The notes beneath the pieces were generated by a model that had not been told where the DNA came from, did not search any database, and saw only the letters and a program-made list of their open reading frames with translations. DNA of 64,000 bases from an uncultured Gammaproteobacteria bacterium (lineage in GTDB: Bacteria > Pseudomonadota > Gammaproteobacteria > Steroidobacterales > Steroidobacteraceae). Position 1 is the stretch's first letter. Every line of letters begins with the position of its first letter. Below are positions 19,677-31,319 of the stretch, piece by piece. A program made the position numbers and the translations under genes. The stretch spans positions 115,346 to 179,345 of the forward strand of contig CAVXGV010000007.1 in assembly GCA_963761345.1 (NCBI GenBank), in the 5' to 3' direction.

Positions 19677-20888
19677 ATGGATCTCAAATACAACCCGCAG
19701 GAAGAGAAGTTTCGCGCCGAAGTGCGTGCCTTCTTCGAGGCCGAATTGCCCGAGGGAATCCGCACCAAGCTGCAGCTGGGAAGGCGCATTTCCAAGGACG
19801 ACATGGTGCGTTGGCAGAAGATTCTGTTCCGCAAAGGCTGGGGCGCCGTGAATTGGCCTAAAGCGTTCGGCGGAACCGGCTGGGACATCGTGCAGCAGCA
19901 TATCTTCGAGGAGGAGCGCGCGGACGCAAGCGCGCCGCCGCAGAATCCTTTTTCACTGAAAATGCTGGCGCCGGTGATGCAGACCTTCGGCAACGCTGCG
20001 CAACAGGAGTACTTCCTGCCGCGCATACTCTCGGGCGAAGACTGGTGGTGCCAGGGGTATTCCGAACCCGGATCCGGTTCGGATCTCGCCTCGCTGCGCA
20101 CCGGCGCGGTTCGCCAGGGCGATCACTACATCGTCAATGGCCAGAAAACCTGGAACACCATGGGCCAGTACGCGGACTGGATATTCTGCCTGGTCCGCAC
20201 CAGCGCGGAAGGGCGTGCGCAACAGGGCATTTCGTTTCTGCTGATAGACATGAAAAGCGCCGGGATCACGGTCCGGCCGATCATCATGCTCGACGGCGAG
20301 CACGAGATAAACGACATCTTCTTCGACAATGTGAAGGTGCCGGTGCAGAACTTGATCGGCGAAGAGAACAAGGGTTGGACTTACGCAAAATTTCTGCTCA
20401 CGCACGAGCGCAGCGGCAACGCCGGCATCGGAGCCTGCAAACGCGCGCTGAAGAAGCTCAAGGAAATCGCGTCCGAGCAGATGTCAAACGGCCGGCCGCT
20501 CATCGAGGACTCGCGATTTCGCGACCGCATCGCCCAGGTTGAAATGGAACTGATGGCTCTCGAGATCACCAATCTGCGGGTGCTGTCCGCGACGGCGAAG
20601 CAACAGGGCGCGCTGGGGCCGGAAGTGTCGGTCCTGAAGATCAAAGGATCGGAGATCATTCAACAACTCGCCGAGCTCAAGATGCATGCGCTCGGGCATG
20701 ACGCGCTGCCCTATGTGCGCGAGGCACTGGACATGGGTTGGGTCGGCAATCCGCTGCTGAGCGCACACTACCCGTCCTACGCACCGCCGATTTCCGGCCA
20801 GTACTTCAACCAGCGCAAGACCACCATCTACGCCGGTTCCACCGAAATTCAGAAGAACATCATTTCGCAGATGATCCTGGGTCTGTAA
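19677..20888 (+). CDS. Acyl-CoA dehydrogenase family protein (subunit A of a probable pair)
   Basis: 403 aa with WCQGYSEPGSGSDLASL. The C-terminal IYAGSTEIQKNII has Ala at the position of the MCAD-type catalytic Glu. Confidence 0.85.
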   Translation: MDLKYNPQEEKFRAEVRAFFEAELPEGIRTKLQLGRRISKDDMVRWQKILFRKGWGAVNWPKAFGGTGWDIVQQHIFEEERADASAPPQNPFSLKMLAPVMQTFGNAAQQEYFLPRILSGEDWWCQGYSEPGSGSDLASLRTGAVRQGDHYIVNGQKTWNTMGQYADWIFCLVRTSAEGRAQQGISFLLIDMKSAGITVRPIIMLDGEHEINDIFFDNVKVPVQNLIGEENKGWTYAKFLLTHERSGNAGIGACKRALKKLKEIASEQMSNGRPLIEDSRFRDRIAQVEMELMALEITNLRVLSATAKQQGALGPEVSVLKIKGSEIIQQLAELKMHALGHDALPYVREALDMGWVGNPLLSAHYPSYAPPISGQYFNQRKTTIYAGSTEIQKNIISQMILGL

Positions 20889-20934
20889 AGGGCCCTGGGT
20901 CTGAAACGAGCTCTGGATCTCAAGAAGGTTACCA

Positions 20935-22086
20935 ATGGAATTCAACTACAGCGAAGAGCAATTGGCCCTGCAGGACACCTTGCAGCGCTTCATTTCACGC
21001 GACTATGATTTCGACAAGCGCCGCAAATTCTCCGCTTCCAGCCTGGGGTTTTCCGCGGAGGCCTGGAGCCAGTTCGCGGAACTCGGTCTCCTGGCGCTGC
21101 CGTTTCCCGAGGAATACGGCGGCCTCGGCGGCAATGCCGTCGATGTCATGCTGGTCATGGAGCAGTTCGGTCAAGGGCTGCTGCTGGAACCCTATCTGAG
21201 TACGGTCGTGACGTGCGGGGGCTTGATTCGTGACGCCGCACCGGCGCCGATGAAGCAACAGTTGCTGCCGCAGATTGCCGCCGGAAAATTGAAACTCGCG
21301 CTGGCTGCCTACGAGGCGGCGGGACGATATGAGCTGTCCTACGTCGGCTGCAAGGCGCAGGAGAGCGGCGGAAGTTGGCGCCTGTCGGGCCGCAAGACCG
21401 TGGTGCTCGACGGCGCATCCGCCGATTATTTTCTGGTCTCGGCGCGCCACGGCGGCGGCATCGGCGATCGCGACGGCATAACGCTGTTCCTGGTGCCGCG
21501 CGATGCAAAAGGGCTTACCGTCGCCGCGTATCCGACGCAGTCGGGCGCGCGCGCTGCGGATCTGCTGTTGGAGAATGTGACGGTAGGCGGCGATGCCTCG
21601 ATCGGGGCGCCGTCGCGTGCGTTGCCCATCATCGAACGTGCGGTGGACCGTGGAATTGCGGCATTGTGCGCCGAAGCCCTCGGCATCATCAATGCGTTGA
21701 ATCAGCAGACCTTGAACTATTTGAAAACCCGCAAGCAGTTTGGGGTCGCCATCGGCACCTTCCAGGCGCTGAAGCACAAAATGGCGGACATGCTGATCGC
21801 CGCAGAGCAGTCACGCTCCATGGCCATCATTGCCGCGGTGCATGCCGATTCTGATGACGCGGCGGATCGCCATCGCGCCATTTCCGCGGCCAAAGCGTAC
21901 ATCGGCCAATCCGGGCGCTTGGTGGGCCAGAGTGCGGTGCAGATGCACGGCGGCATGGGTGTCGTGGACGAACTCATCGTGAGCCACTATTTCAAGCGGC
22001 TGACGATGATCGACCTGAGCTTGGGCGATGCCGATTACCACCTGGCGAGCTTCAGCGATACGCTGCGGCCGGCGAAGGCTTCCTAA
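20935..22086 (+). CDS. Acyl-CoA dehydrogenase family protein (subunit B of a probable pair)
   Basis: 383 aa with an ACAD-like fold sequence (FQALKHKMADM, HGGMGVVDEL). The C-terminal segment diverges (TMIDLSLGDADYHL). Confidence 0.8.
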   Translation: MEFNYSEEQLALQDTLQRFISRDYDFDKRRKFSASSLGFSAEAWSQFAELGLLALPFPEEYGGLGGNAVDVMLVMEQFGQGLLLEPYLSTVVTCGGLIRDAAPAPMKQQLLPQIAAGKLKLALAAYEAAGRYELSYVGCKAQESGGSWRLSGRKTVVLDGASADYFLVSARHGGGIGDRDGITLFLVPRDAKGLTVAAYPTQSGARAADLLLENVTVGGDASIGAPSRALPIIERAVDRGIAALCAEALGIINALNQQTLNYLKTRKQFGVAIGTFQALKHKMADMLIAAEQSRSMAIIAAVHADSDDAADRHRAISAAKAYIGQSGRLVGQSAVQMHGGMGVVDELIVSHYFKRLTMIDLSLGDADYHLASFSDTLRPAKAS

Positions 22087-22154
22087 GCCGGCCACCGATC
22101 GGCGTGGCCCCGGGGGCTCAACCGCGGCCCTGACGCGAAACTCACCGTCCGGCT

Positions 22155-23540
22155 TCAGTCGGCCGCGTGATGCGCGAGTTGCTGCTTGCGCACATCCTTG
22201 TCCATCGTGCGCGACGCGGCGAACAACACAGCGGCAGCCGCCAATGCGAGAATCGGGATGATGTACATCGCATTGTGCAGGCCGATGGCCTTGAACGCCT
22301 CGGTCATGCTGCCGGCACCGGCATCGGTCATCGCCTTGTGCGCAAAGTGATCGCTCAACATGCCGGTTCCGACCGGTCCCATGCTCGCGCCGAAGATATA
22401 CATGCAGCAGAAATATATTGCGACCGCGGTGCCGCGCAGGCGCGGCTCGATCACATCCTGTATCGCCGTGTAAACGGTTGAGTAATACACATACATCGTG
22501 ATCGTACCCATGGCCATCAATAGAATGTACGGGGTGATCGAACCCTTGGGCTGATTGACGGCGAAGAAAATGCACGGTGCAGCGATGCTCATGCACCAGG
22601 CGGGCAGTACCAGCCTGGCATTGCGGCGCTTGATGCTCATTTTATCCGCGAGCCAGCCGCCCAGGATCAAGCCGATGGCGCCGACCGCAGCCACCGCAAA
22701 AGATGACACGACGCTCGCGTCCCGCACGCTCATTCCATGAAAACGCTGCAGAAACGCGGAGTTGAAGGAACCCAAGGCATACATATTGAAGTTGTGGAAA
22801 ATGCCGGAAAGGATGATCCACCACATGGTCGGAAGGCGCAGAACCGCGAGGTACGGCGCGACCACCGATCCGCCCGGCTTGGTCACCACGCGGCCGGGAT
22901 CGAGCCCGCCGCGCAGCAGGTTCGCGCATGATCAGCGCCAGGAGTGCGAACAATAATCCGGGAACGCACGCGATATAAAAGGCGGCACGCCATCCTAGGT
23001 GCGCATATATGATTCCGGAGGCGGCATAGGCAAGAAACAGCCCCGCAGGCAGGCCGAGCATGAATACGCCCATCGCGAATGCTCGTTTGTTAGGCGGGAA
23101 AAAGTCGCCTATCAAGGACTGACCGGCGGGAGCGCAGGTGGCCTCGCCCAAACCCACCCCCAAACGCGCAATGAATAGCTGAGCGTAATTCTGCGCCATC
23201 CCGGTCGCGGCCGTGAGCAGGCTCCATACCGTGGTGCCGATCGCAATCAGCTTGGTACGACGCCACTTGTCGCTCAAGTGGCCCATGGGCAGCCCGACGA
23301 GCGCATACATCCAGATAAATACGCTGCCCAGGAATCCCAGCGCCGTATCGCTCAATAAAAATTCCTTTCGAATCGGTTCGCCCAGTGAACCGAGCAATTG
23401 ACGATCGAAGAAATTCAGCAAGTTGATGGCGAACAGGACAAACAGCGCAAACTTCGCGCCGCGTGGCGGCCTTTGCCGATGACGCCGGCGGTCGGGCCGG
23501 CGCGAGCGCCACCTTCGAGCGATTGCGGACTCACAGACAT
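22155..23540 (-). pseudogene. MFS transporter (Spinster-like), frame broken once or twice
   Basis: ORF 22642..23607 reads well from AKFALFVLFAINLLNFFDRQ to ALIMREP. It continues in ORF 22155..22889 as RGGLDPGRVVTKPGG... The join is near 22910-22925. The only start with an SD (GGGGAG, ATG 23540) is in a third frame, which implies a further 1-nt indel near 23453. Confidence 0.7.
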
Positions 23541-23726
23541 TAGTTATACTCCCCAAATAATAAGAACCTGCCGAGTCGCCCCAGTGTGCCGTACCTCGCC
23601 GCCGCACGCTTATATATCAACCCAGCGGCCCGCCCGGCGGCGGCATATGCTCCCAGAAGGCGCGAGTCCATGCACCCCGCCAGCGGCCGCCGAAGGCCAA
23701 CGTCGGCCTTTTTAGTTCTCAAGCGC

Positions 23727-23760
23727 AAAAAAACGGCGGGTTTTTGAGGCCCGCCGTTTT
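23727..23760 (-). terminator. Rho-independent terminator downstream of the TonB-dependent receptor gene (A-run/T-run on both sides, possibly bidirectional)
   Basis: aaaaaaacggcggg-tttttgagg-cccgccgtttt. A 9-10 bp GC stem is followed on the minus strand by T7. Confidence 0.7.
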
Positions 23761-23787
23761 GCTCGAATCAATTACAGCAGCATTGAG

Positions 23788-26333
23788 TTATTTGAACTTC
23801 ACCCGCAGCGTGAGACCGAAGGTTCGCGGAGCACCCAGGTACGACGTGATGGTGTTGTATTGAAACGGTGAGTCAAAGGCAACCGCGTAGTAGTAGCGGT
23901 CCGCCAGATTCGCTCCCCATGCCTCGACTGCCCAGGATTCGTCCAGTGCGCCAAGGCCGATGCGCGCATTGAGGAGTCCGAAGCCGGACTGAATCTTGCG
24001 CGGATCAAGATCCGAGCCCGTGTTGTACGATGAGTTGTACTTCTCTTCGACGCTGGTGCGCACGCCCAGACTCGCCGACACCGGTACCAGGTAGCTGGCG
24101 GAGACTGCTCCGGACCACAGGGGCGCAAACGACAGACGATCGTTGTCGCGGTGCGTGCAAGCAGTATTCCCGGGGCCACCGCAGAAGTCGGGCAATGCAT
24201 TGCCGAAATTGTCGATGTTGGTCAGATCCTGGGTCACGCCGCCGTTGAGGGTCAATCCGGAGATCGGCGTTGCCCAGGCGAAATCGACATCGACGCCCTT
24301 GGACACGACCCTGTCGAGGGAGGTGACCACGAATTGCACGCCGGTGAACGTATTGAGCTGGAAATCCTTGTAGCGCTGATAAAAGAGCGCGGCATTGAGG
24401 CGCAAAGTATTGTTGAACAGTGTGGTCTTGATCCCGACCTCTCCCGAGTCGACGGTTTCGCGCGGGAACCGCGTATTGTCGTTCGGCGTCAAGCCAATCT
24501 GATCGGACAGCGTGCCCAAGCCCGGGGTGGCGGGAAACGTGGTGCGTGAGAGGTTGAAGCCGCCAGCCTTGTAGCCGTCCGCCAGCGATACGTACGCCAG
24601 CACGGCCTCATTGAAGCGATAGGACAGCTTGACCGTGCCGGACAAATTGTTCTCGGTGTTCGACTGGTCGAAACCGGTGCCTGTGAATTGCGGATTCAGG
24701 CCGGTGAAGCAGCCGTAGCCGATCAGGAACGCCTGCGCGGGGGTTCCGTTGAGGCCGGGTGCGAAAAGGCCCCGGGAGAACCGAGCAGTGCGTTGCAGCC
24801 CGGACCCCCGCCCGTGTCGTTGTAGCTGGCGGTTGCGGTTTTCTTTTCTTCCGTGCCGCGCAGTCCGGCCGTCAGATCCAGCCCCTGCGTGATGTTCCAG
24901 GTTTCATTGGTGAACAGCGCAAAACTTCGCGCCGTCTGCTGATAGCTATCGTCGTAGCCGGTGCCGAAAAACGTGGCGCCGGGCGCATTGCCAGTCAGCT
25001 GCGACACCAGCAGCGGGTTGAAGCCGGCGCCTATCGACTCGGACGCGACCGCACTGATGTAGGTCTCAAATTGATTTCCGATCGCGCCGAGTGTCCGTGT
25101 CGTCAAAATTTCGTTGTTGAAGAACCCGCCCACCAACCAGTTCAGCGGGCCTGCCTTTCCGGCCAAGCGCAGTTCTTCGCTGAATTGCTTGAAATCGGTG
25201 GAGTTGGCATTGCCGTTGTTCGGAAACGTCAGCAGATCGATGCCGGTGTAGTCGACATCATTGCCGCCTGCAACCGTGTTGTCGCGCCACGCAGTGATCG
25301 AGGTGACTTTCCCGAAGCCCACGTTCCAGTTGAGTTCTCCGGAAACGCCGAAGTCGCGCACATACTGTTTGGCAACCTGATTGGCATACGCGACATAGCT
25401 GTTGGGCAACCGGTTGACGCCGGGTTGGCCGATGAGCGGGGAGTCTCCGAGCGCGCCGGCCTTGCCGCCGAGCAGGGGGGTCGATGCGAAGGCATTGACC
25501 AGTCCTTGGAACGGGCCCGGATATTCCACGACGGCGCCGCAGCAGGATTCGACGCGCTTGGTATAGTCGGCGATGAGCAGCACATCCACATCGTCGCTCG
25601 GGGTGATCAGGAGCTGACCGCGGGTGTTGATCGAGTGGCGGTCGTTGGTATTGTTCTGCTCGCTGGGACCGACGCCGTCGACCACTTGAAGGAAACCGTT
25701 GTTCTGCTGGTAGCCGACGTACAGGCGGCCGGCCACGATGTCGCTCAAGGGCCCCGTGACGGAGGTGCGGATCTCCCGGTCGTTGTAGTTTCCGCCCGTC
25801 ACCTCTGCCGTCACGCCAAATGTGTGCGAGGGTCTCTTGGTGGTGACGTTGATGACGCCTGCGTCGTTGTTCTTGCCGAACAATTCGCCCTGCGGGCCGT
25901 AGAGAACTTCGATTTGCTCGATCTCTCCGAGGTCGGTGAAAGCGACGCCGTTGCGAGGCCGGTAGACGCCATCGATGTTCACGCCGACGGAGGACTCCAG
26001 CCCAGGATTGTCGCCCACCGTACCGATGCCGCGAATGCGCGCCGTCGTGATGGCCTCATTGCCTTCGGAGGTCACGGTAAGGCCCGGTGTCAGTATCGCT
26101 AGACTTCTGATATCGGTGATGCCGGCGTCCTTGATTTGCTGCGCGGATAACGCAACCACAGAAATCGGCACATCCTGAAGGTTTTCAGAGCGCTTTTCCG
26201 CGGTCACGATGATTTCTTGCAGCGCCGGCGGGCTCGAAGCGTCCGCCGCCAGCACCTCCGCGCCGGCAAAAGCCGCCGTCATGGCGAGGACGAGTGAGAT
26301 GGCTCGTCGGGAGGACACAGTTTGATTTGTCAT
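23788..26333 (-). pseudogene. TonB-dependent outer-membrane receptor, frame broken once
   Basis: ORF 24723..26471 gives the N-terminal part: ATG 26333, signal peptide and plug (EIIVTAEKRSENLQDVPISV, IEVLYGPQG). The frame changes near 24764-24776 (cccgggg/cctttt runs). Beta-barrel sequence then continues through GLFAPGLNGTPAQAFLIGYGCF... into ORF 23788..24645. Confidence 0.8.
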
Positions 26334-26684
26334 GCGGTCATACCTGGTTTGATCGTTGGAATTTTGCGCAATCGGAGTTTGCTGCCGCGCCTTCGCCTCG
26401 AGGCGGCCCCTGGCGTCAGAGTCATTGAGTTCTATTTCATGCGTTTTTGCGCGGGTCTTTAGACACGACACTCTTGGTTTATTGTCCCGGACACGAGCCA
26501 GCCAAAGCCAATATCAAGGTCACCCACACCTGTGGACGCATTCCCTTCAGTTGCGTATCTTGAGCCTACGGAAACCGTGGCGCAAGCACCACGCTTTCAG
26601 CGACATTTGATTGACAAATTGCGCCACTTGCTTGATTTGTCCGCCAGGAAGACTCATATATTCTAGTGGCGTAAAAGATACACC

Positions 26685-26885
26685 ATGAAAAATCCAGACA
26701 ACTGGCAGCCCCCCGGACGGGAGCCTGACCCGGCGCCCCCGACGCGCCGCAGCGCGCTCATCGGCCTGGTGATGATCGTGCTTCTCATCCTCGGCGGCTT
26801 GATTTTGACGCACGTATTGGGCGGCATGTCGCGCCTGCAGGACTGCGCGTTGTCGGGGCGCTCGAACTGCGCCGACAATCCTTGA
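26685..26885 (+). CDS. Small single-pass membrane protein (hypothetical)
   Basis: 66-aa ORF with one clear TM helix ([22 protein letters not shown]) and a C-terminal [11 protein letters not shown]. No convincing SD. Confidence 0.4.
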   Translation: MKNPDNWQPPGREPDPAPPTRRSALIGLVMIVLLILGGLILTHVLGGMSRLQDCALSGRSNCADNP

Positions 26886-26919
26886 AGCGGCTAGACTGTC
26901 GTCCCGGTCGAGCCGAACG

Positions 26920-29900
26920 TTGAGCGTACTGAACTCATTCCATCCCGCCGTAGCCGCGTGGTTTTCGCGCAGCTTCGATGCGCCGACCGATGCGCAGGTT
27001 TCCGCGTGGCCGGCGCTTCAGCGAGGCCGGCATGTATTGGTTGCCGCGCCGACCGGCTCGGGCAAAACATTCGCCGCGTTTCTCGCGGCCATCGATCAAC
27101 TGGTGAAGGAAGGATTGCAGGCACCGCTGCCGGACGAAACGCGGGTTCTGTACGTCTCACCGCTCAAGGCCCTGTCCAATGACATCCAGCGAAACCTCGA
27201 TGCGCCGCTGAACGGAATTCGGGAAGAGCTCGCGGCGTCGGGTCTGCCGGACGTCGAAATTCGCGCCGTGGTCCGCACCGGCGACACGAGCGCGTCCGAG
27301 CGCGCCGGCATGCGGCGCAGAGCCCCGCACATCGTGGTGACCACGCCGGAATCGCTCTACATCTTGCTCGGTTCGCAATCCGGCCGGGACATGCTCTCGA
27401 CCTGCCGCACCGTGATCGTCGATGAAATCCACGCCATCGCGGGCAACAAGCGCGGCGCACATCTGGCCTTGTCGCTCGAACGTCTGCAGGCTTTGACGGC
27501 CGGCACATTGACACGCATAGGATTGTCGGCGACGCAAAAGCCGATCGAAGATGTCGCGAAGTTCTTGACCGGGTCAGATGATGTGCCGTGCACCATCGTC
27601 GACAGCGGTCATGTTCGCCGCCGTGATCTGGCGTTGGAAGTTCCGGCGGCACCGCTCGAAGCCGTGATGTCGGGCGAGGTGTGGACCCAAGTCTACGATC
27701 GGGTGGCGGCCTTGGTTCTGGAACATCGCACCACGCTGGTGTTCGTGAATACGCGCCGGATGGTCGAGCGCATGGCGCGTCATTTGTCGGAACGCGTGGG
27801 CGAAGAGCATGTCGCCGCGCATCACGGCAGCCTGTCCAAGGAGCGCCGCCTGAACGCCGAGCAGCGATTGAAACGCGGCGAGCTGAAGGTGTTGGTGGCC
27901 ACGGCTTCCCTGGAGCTGGGCATCGACATCGGCGATGTGGATCTGGTGTGCCAGATCGGATCCACGCGCTCCATCAATTCCTTCTTGCAGCGCGTGGGCC
28001 GGGCCGGACATTCGGTCGGCGGAACATCCAAGGGAAGATTGTTTCCGCTGTCGCGCGACGAACTGGTGGAGTGTGCGGCGCTGCTCGAGGCGGTCCGCGG
28101 CGGCGAATTGGACCGGCTCAAGATCCCCGGGAATGCTTTGGATGTGCTGGCCCAGCAAATCACCGCCGAGGTGGCGGCGCGTGAGTGGCCGGAGGATGAA
28201 TTGTTCGCGCTGATGCGCAGAGCCCATCCGTACCGCAATCTGGCGCGGGAGGATTTCGACGCCTGCGTGCGGATGCTCGCGGAAGGATTCAGTACCCGGC
28301 GCGGACGCCGCGGTGCGCTGCTGCATCACGATGCGGTGAACAAGATGCTGCGACCGCGCAAGGGCGCGCGCCTGACCGCCATCACTTCGGGCGGCGCGAT
28401 TCCCGACAACGCGGATTACCGCGTCATGCTGGAACCGGAGTCCATTCTGGTCGGCTCGGTCAACGAGGACTTCGCAGTCGAAAGCATACAGGGGGATATA
28501 TTCCAACTGGGAAACACCTCGTACAAGATATTGCGCGTCGAACGCGGCACGGTGCGCGTGGAGGACGCGCACGGCCAGCCGCCCTCGATTCCATTCTGGC
28601 TCGGCGAAGCGCCGGGCCGCAGCATGGAGCTGTCAGCGGCGGTGTCGCGGCTGCGCAAGGAAATCCAGGAGCGGTTGGACGGCGAGCCGGGCGCGGCGCT
28701 GCAGTGGTTGCGTGAAACCGTAGGTTTGGACGAGGCGTCCGCGTTTCAGCTGGTGCAGTACCTGAGTGCCGGCAAGGCCGCGCTCGGCTGCCTGCCGACC
28801 TTGGATACCGTGGTGTTCGAGCGCTTCTTCGATGAATCAGGCGGTATGCAGCTGGTCATTCATTCGCCGTTCGGCAGCCGGGTAAACCGGGCGTGGGGCT
28901 TGTCGTTGCGCAAACGATTCTGCCGCACTTTCAATTTCGAACTGCAAGCCGCGGCTACCGAAGATCACATCGTGCTCTCGCTCACGCACGCCCACAGCTT
29001 CGAGCTGGCGGAAGCGGCGCGTTATTTGAACTCGCATTCGGTGCGGCAGGTTCTGATCCAGGCGCTTTGCGCAGCGCCGATGTTCGAGGTCCGATGGCGC
29101 TGGGACGCCGGCATTGCGCTCGCGCTGCCGCGGTTTCGCGGCGGCAAAAGGATACCGCCGCAGATTGCACGCATGAATGCCGAGGATTTGTTGGCCTCGG
29201 TGTTTCCCGACCAAGTCGCCTGCGCCGAGAATCTGCCTGGTGAAATCGAAGTGCCGGATCACCCCTTGGTCAGGCAAACCGTTCGCGATTGCCTGGAAGA
29301 GGCGATGGATATCGATGAGTTCGAACGCCTGCTGCGCAGGCTGGAGAGCGGCGACATCCGCGTCGTCGCACGCGACCTGACCGAACCTTCGCCGCTGGCG
29401 CTCGAGGCGTTGAGCGCGCGTCCGTATGCCTATCTGGACGATGCGCCGCTGGAAGAGCGGCGGACGCAGGCGGTGATGAGCCGCCGCTGGCTGGATCCGG
29501 CCGAGGCTGCGGACATCGGCAAGCTCGACGCGCAAGCGATTGCCCGCGTTCGTGCCGAGGCCTGGCCCGATGCCGCCACGCCCGATGAGCTGCACGATGC
29601 GCTGTTGTGGCTGACCTTCATGACCGACGAGGAAAGCCGGTGCAATGCCGCGTGGCCGCCGTTGATGGAGGACCTCGCCTTGCAGGGCAGGGTGTCGCAT
29701 ATCTCGGTGGAAAAGCGCGGCATGTGGGTGGCAACGGAAAGGCGCGCCCTGTTCCAGTCGCTGGACGGATCGCCGGACGAATCCCCGGATAAATCGCTGG
29801 ACAAATCGCTGGTGGAAATCGTGCGCGGCCGGCTGGAGGGTTTGGGTCCCGTCACCGCCGTGCAGATCGCCGATTCGCTTGGACTTGCCGAAACGCAGAT

Positions 29901-31276
29901 CAACGGCGCACTGATTGCGCTGGAAACCGAAGGCTTCGCCATGCGCGGCCGATTCAGCGGCGATGGCGTGCACGGCGAGCGCACGCACGGCGATGGCGCG
30001 CGCGAGGAATGGTGTGAACGCCGATTGCTGGCGCGAATCCACCGCTACACGGTCAAACGCCTGCGGGCTGAGATCGAGCCGGTGGCGGCGCGCGATTTTC
30101 TGCGCTTTCTGTGCGAATGGCAGAGGGTGCTGCCGGGTGCGCGGATGCAGGGTTCCGACGCACTGGCAGCGGTGCTGACGCAGCTCGAAGGCTTCGAATC
30201 TCCCGCCGGTGCTTGGGAGACGGAAGTCATTCCGTCGCGAATCACCGAGTACGAGCCGCAGTGGTTGGATGAGAATATCCGGGCGGGGCGATTCATCTGG
30301 ACGCGATTGGCCGCACGCAGCGGTGCGCGCGGGGATGCCCGCCGCGATGAGGGGGCGGCGCGCGGTGCATCGCCGATTCGCTCCACGCCGATCGTCTTGC
30401 TGGGGCGGCGCCATGTGCTGCACTGGTCGATGTTCGCAGATCAATCCGACCCTGCGCATCTGACATCCAAAGCGCAGGCGGTGGCGGACTTCATTCGTGA
30501 ACACGGAGCTTCATTCTTTGACGAGATCGCGGAAGATGTGGGCATGCTGCCTGCGGAAGTGGAGCAGGCCTTGGCCGAATTGGTGGCGGCGGGGCTGGTG
30601 AATTCGGACAGCTTCGCGGGCCTGCGTGTGCTGTTGATGCCCAGCGGACGGCGCTCCAGCCGGACCACCTCTCACGCCGGCCGCCACAAACGCCGGCTGG
30701 CGCTGTTCGGCATGGCGGATGCGGGCCGCTGGGCCTTGGTTCGCCGCACGAGCGCCGACTCCCAGGAGCGCAAGGACGGGGCGGTCGAACAGATCGTGCG
30801 CACGCTGCTGCGGCGGTGGGGGGTGGTGTTCTGGAAGCTGCTAACCCGGGAAGCTGATTGGCTGCCGCCTTGGCGCGATATCTTGAGCTGCTGCCGCAGA
30901 CTGGAAGCCCGGGGTGAGATTCGCGGCGGCCGTTTCGTGGCCGGATTTTCCGGCGAGCAGTTTGCGACGCCTGACGCCATTGGATTGCTGCGCGACGTGC
31001 GGCGCAAGCCGCCCAGCGATACATATGTATCCGCTGTCTGCCGCAGACCCGTTGAATCTGGCCGGCATTTTGACGCCCGGATCGCGGCTGTCGTCCCTGG
31101 CCGGCAACCGATTGCTCTTCCGGGATGGCTTGCCGGTGGCCACGCTCGCCGCGGGCGAGGTTCAATTCATGGAAGAACTGCCGCCGAAAGAGCAGTGGGA
31201 GGCGAAGACCGCGCTGCTGCGCCGCCGTGTGCCCGTTGCACTGGATGACTTGGAGCTGCCGACGAACAGCACCTGA
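26920..31276 (+). pseudogene. lhr: Lhr-type large ATP-dependent DEAD/DEAH helicase, frame broken once near the 3' end
   Basis: ORF 26920..31248 has AAPTGSGKT and VIVDEIHAI. After ...PPSDTYVS the conserved Lhr C-terminus ([36 protein letters not shown]) is found in ORF 30914..31276. The join is near 31030-31036. Confidence 0.85.
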
Positions 31277-31319
31277 GGCTTAGGTGGCCTAGGAGCAGGG
31301 GTGGCCCAGGGCAGTCAAA

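Noticed and set aside
22087-22154. GC hairpin ggccac-cgatcggc-gtggcc after the last ACAD gene, as a terminator
   Set aside because: The stem is present, but no U-run follows on either strand. That is not enough to call an intrinsic terminator.
23541-23607. The GTG at 23607 as the true start of the MFS transporter, which would remove the need for a second frameshift
   Set aside because: The 22 extra codons run through an AT-rich SD-containing stretch (tattatttggggagtataactaatg) and encode an implausible Arg-rich extension. The SD-supported ATG at 23540 in another frame is more convincing, but this remains an inference.
26334-26684. Long 5' leader of the TonB-dependent receptor as a possible cobalamin or other riboswitch, or a Fur box
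   Set aside because: I found an AAGGGAA-like string and a 12-nt palindrome (cgcctcgaggcg, 26394-26405). I did not find the ordered conserved elements of a B12 riboswitch (for example the GCCACTG box in the right context), nor a GATAAT-type Fur box. A covariance-model scan would be needed to call anything.
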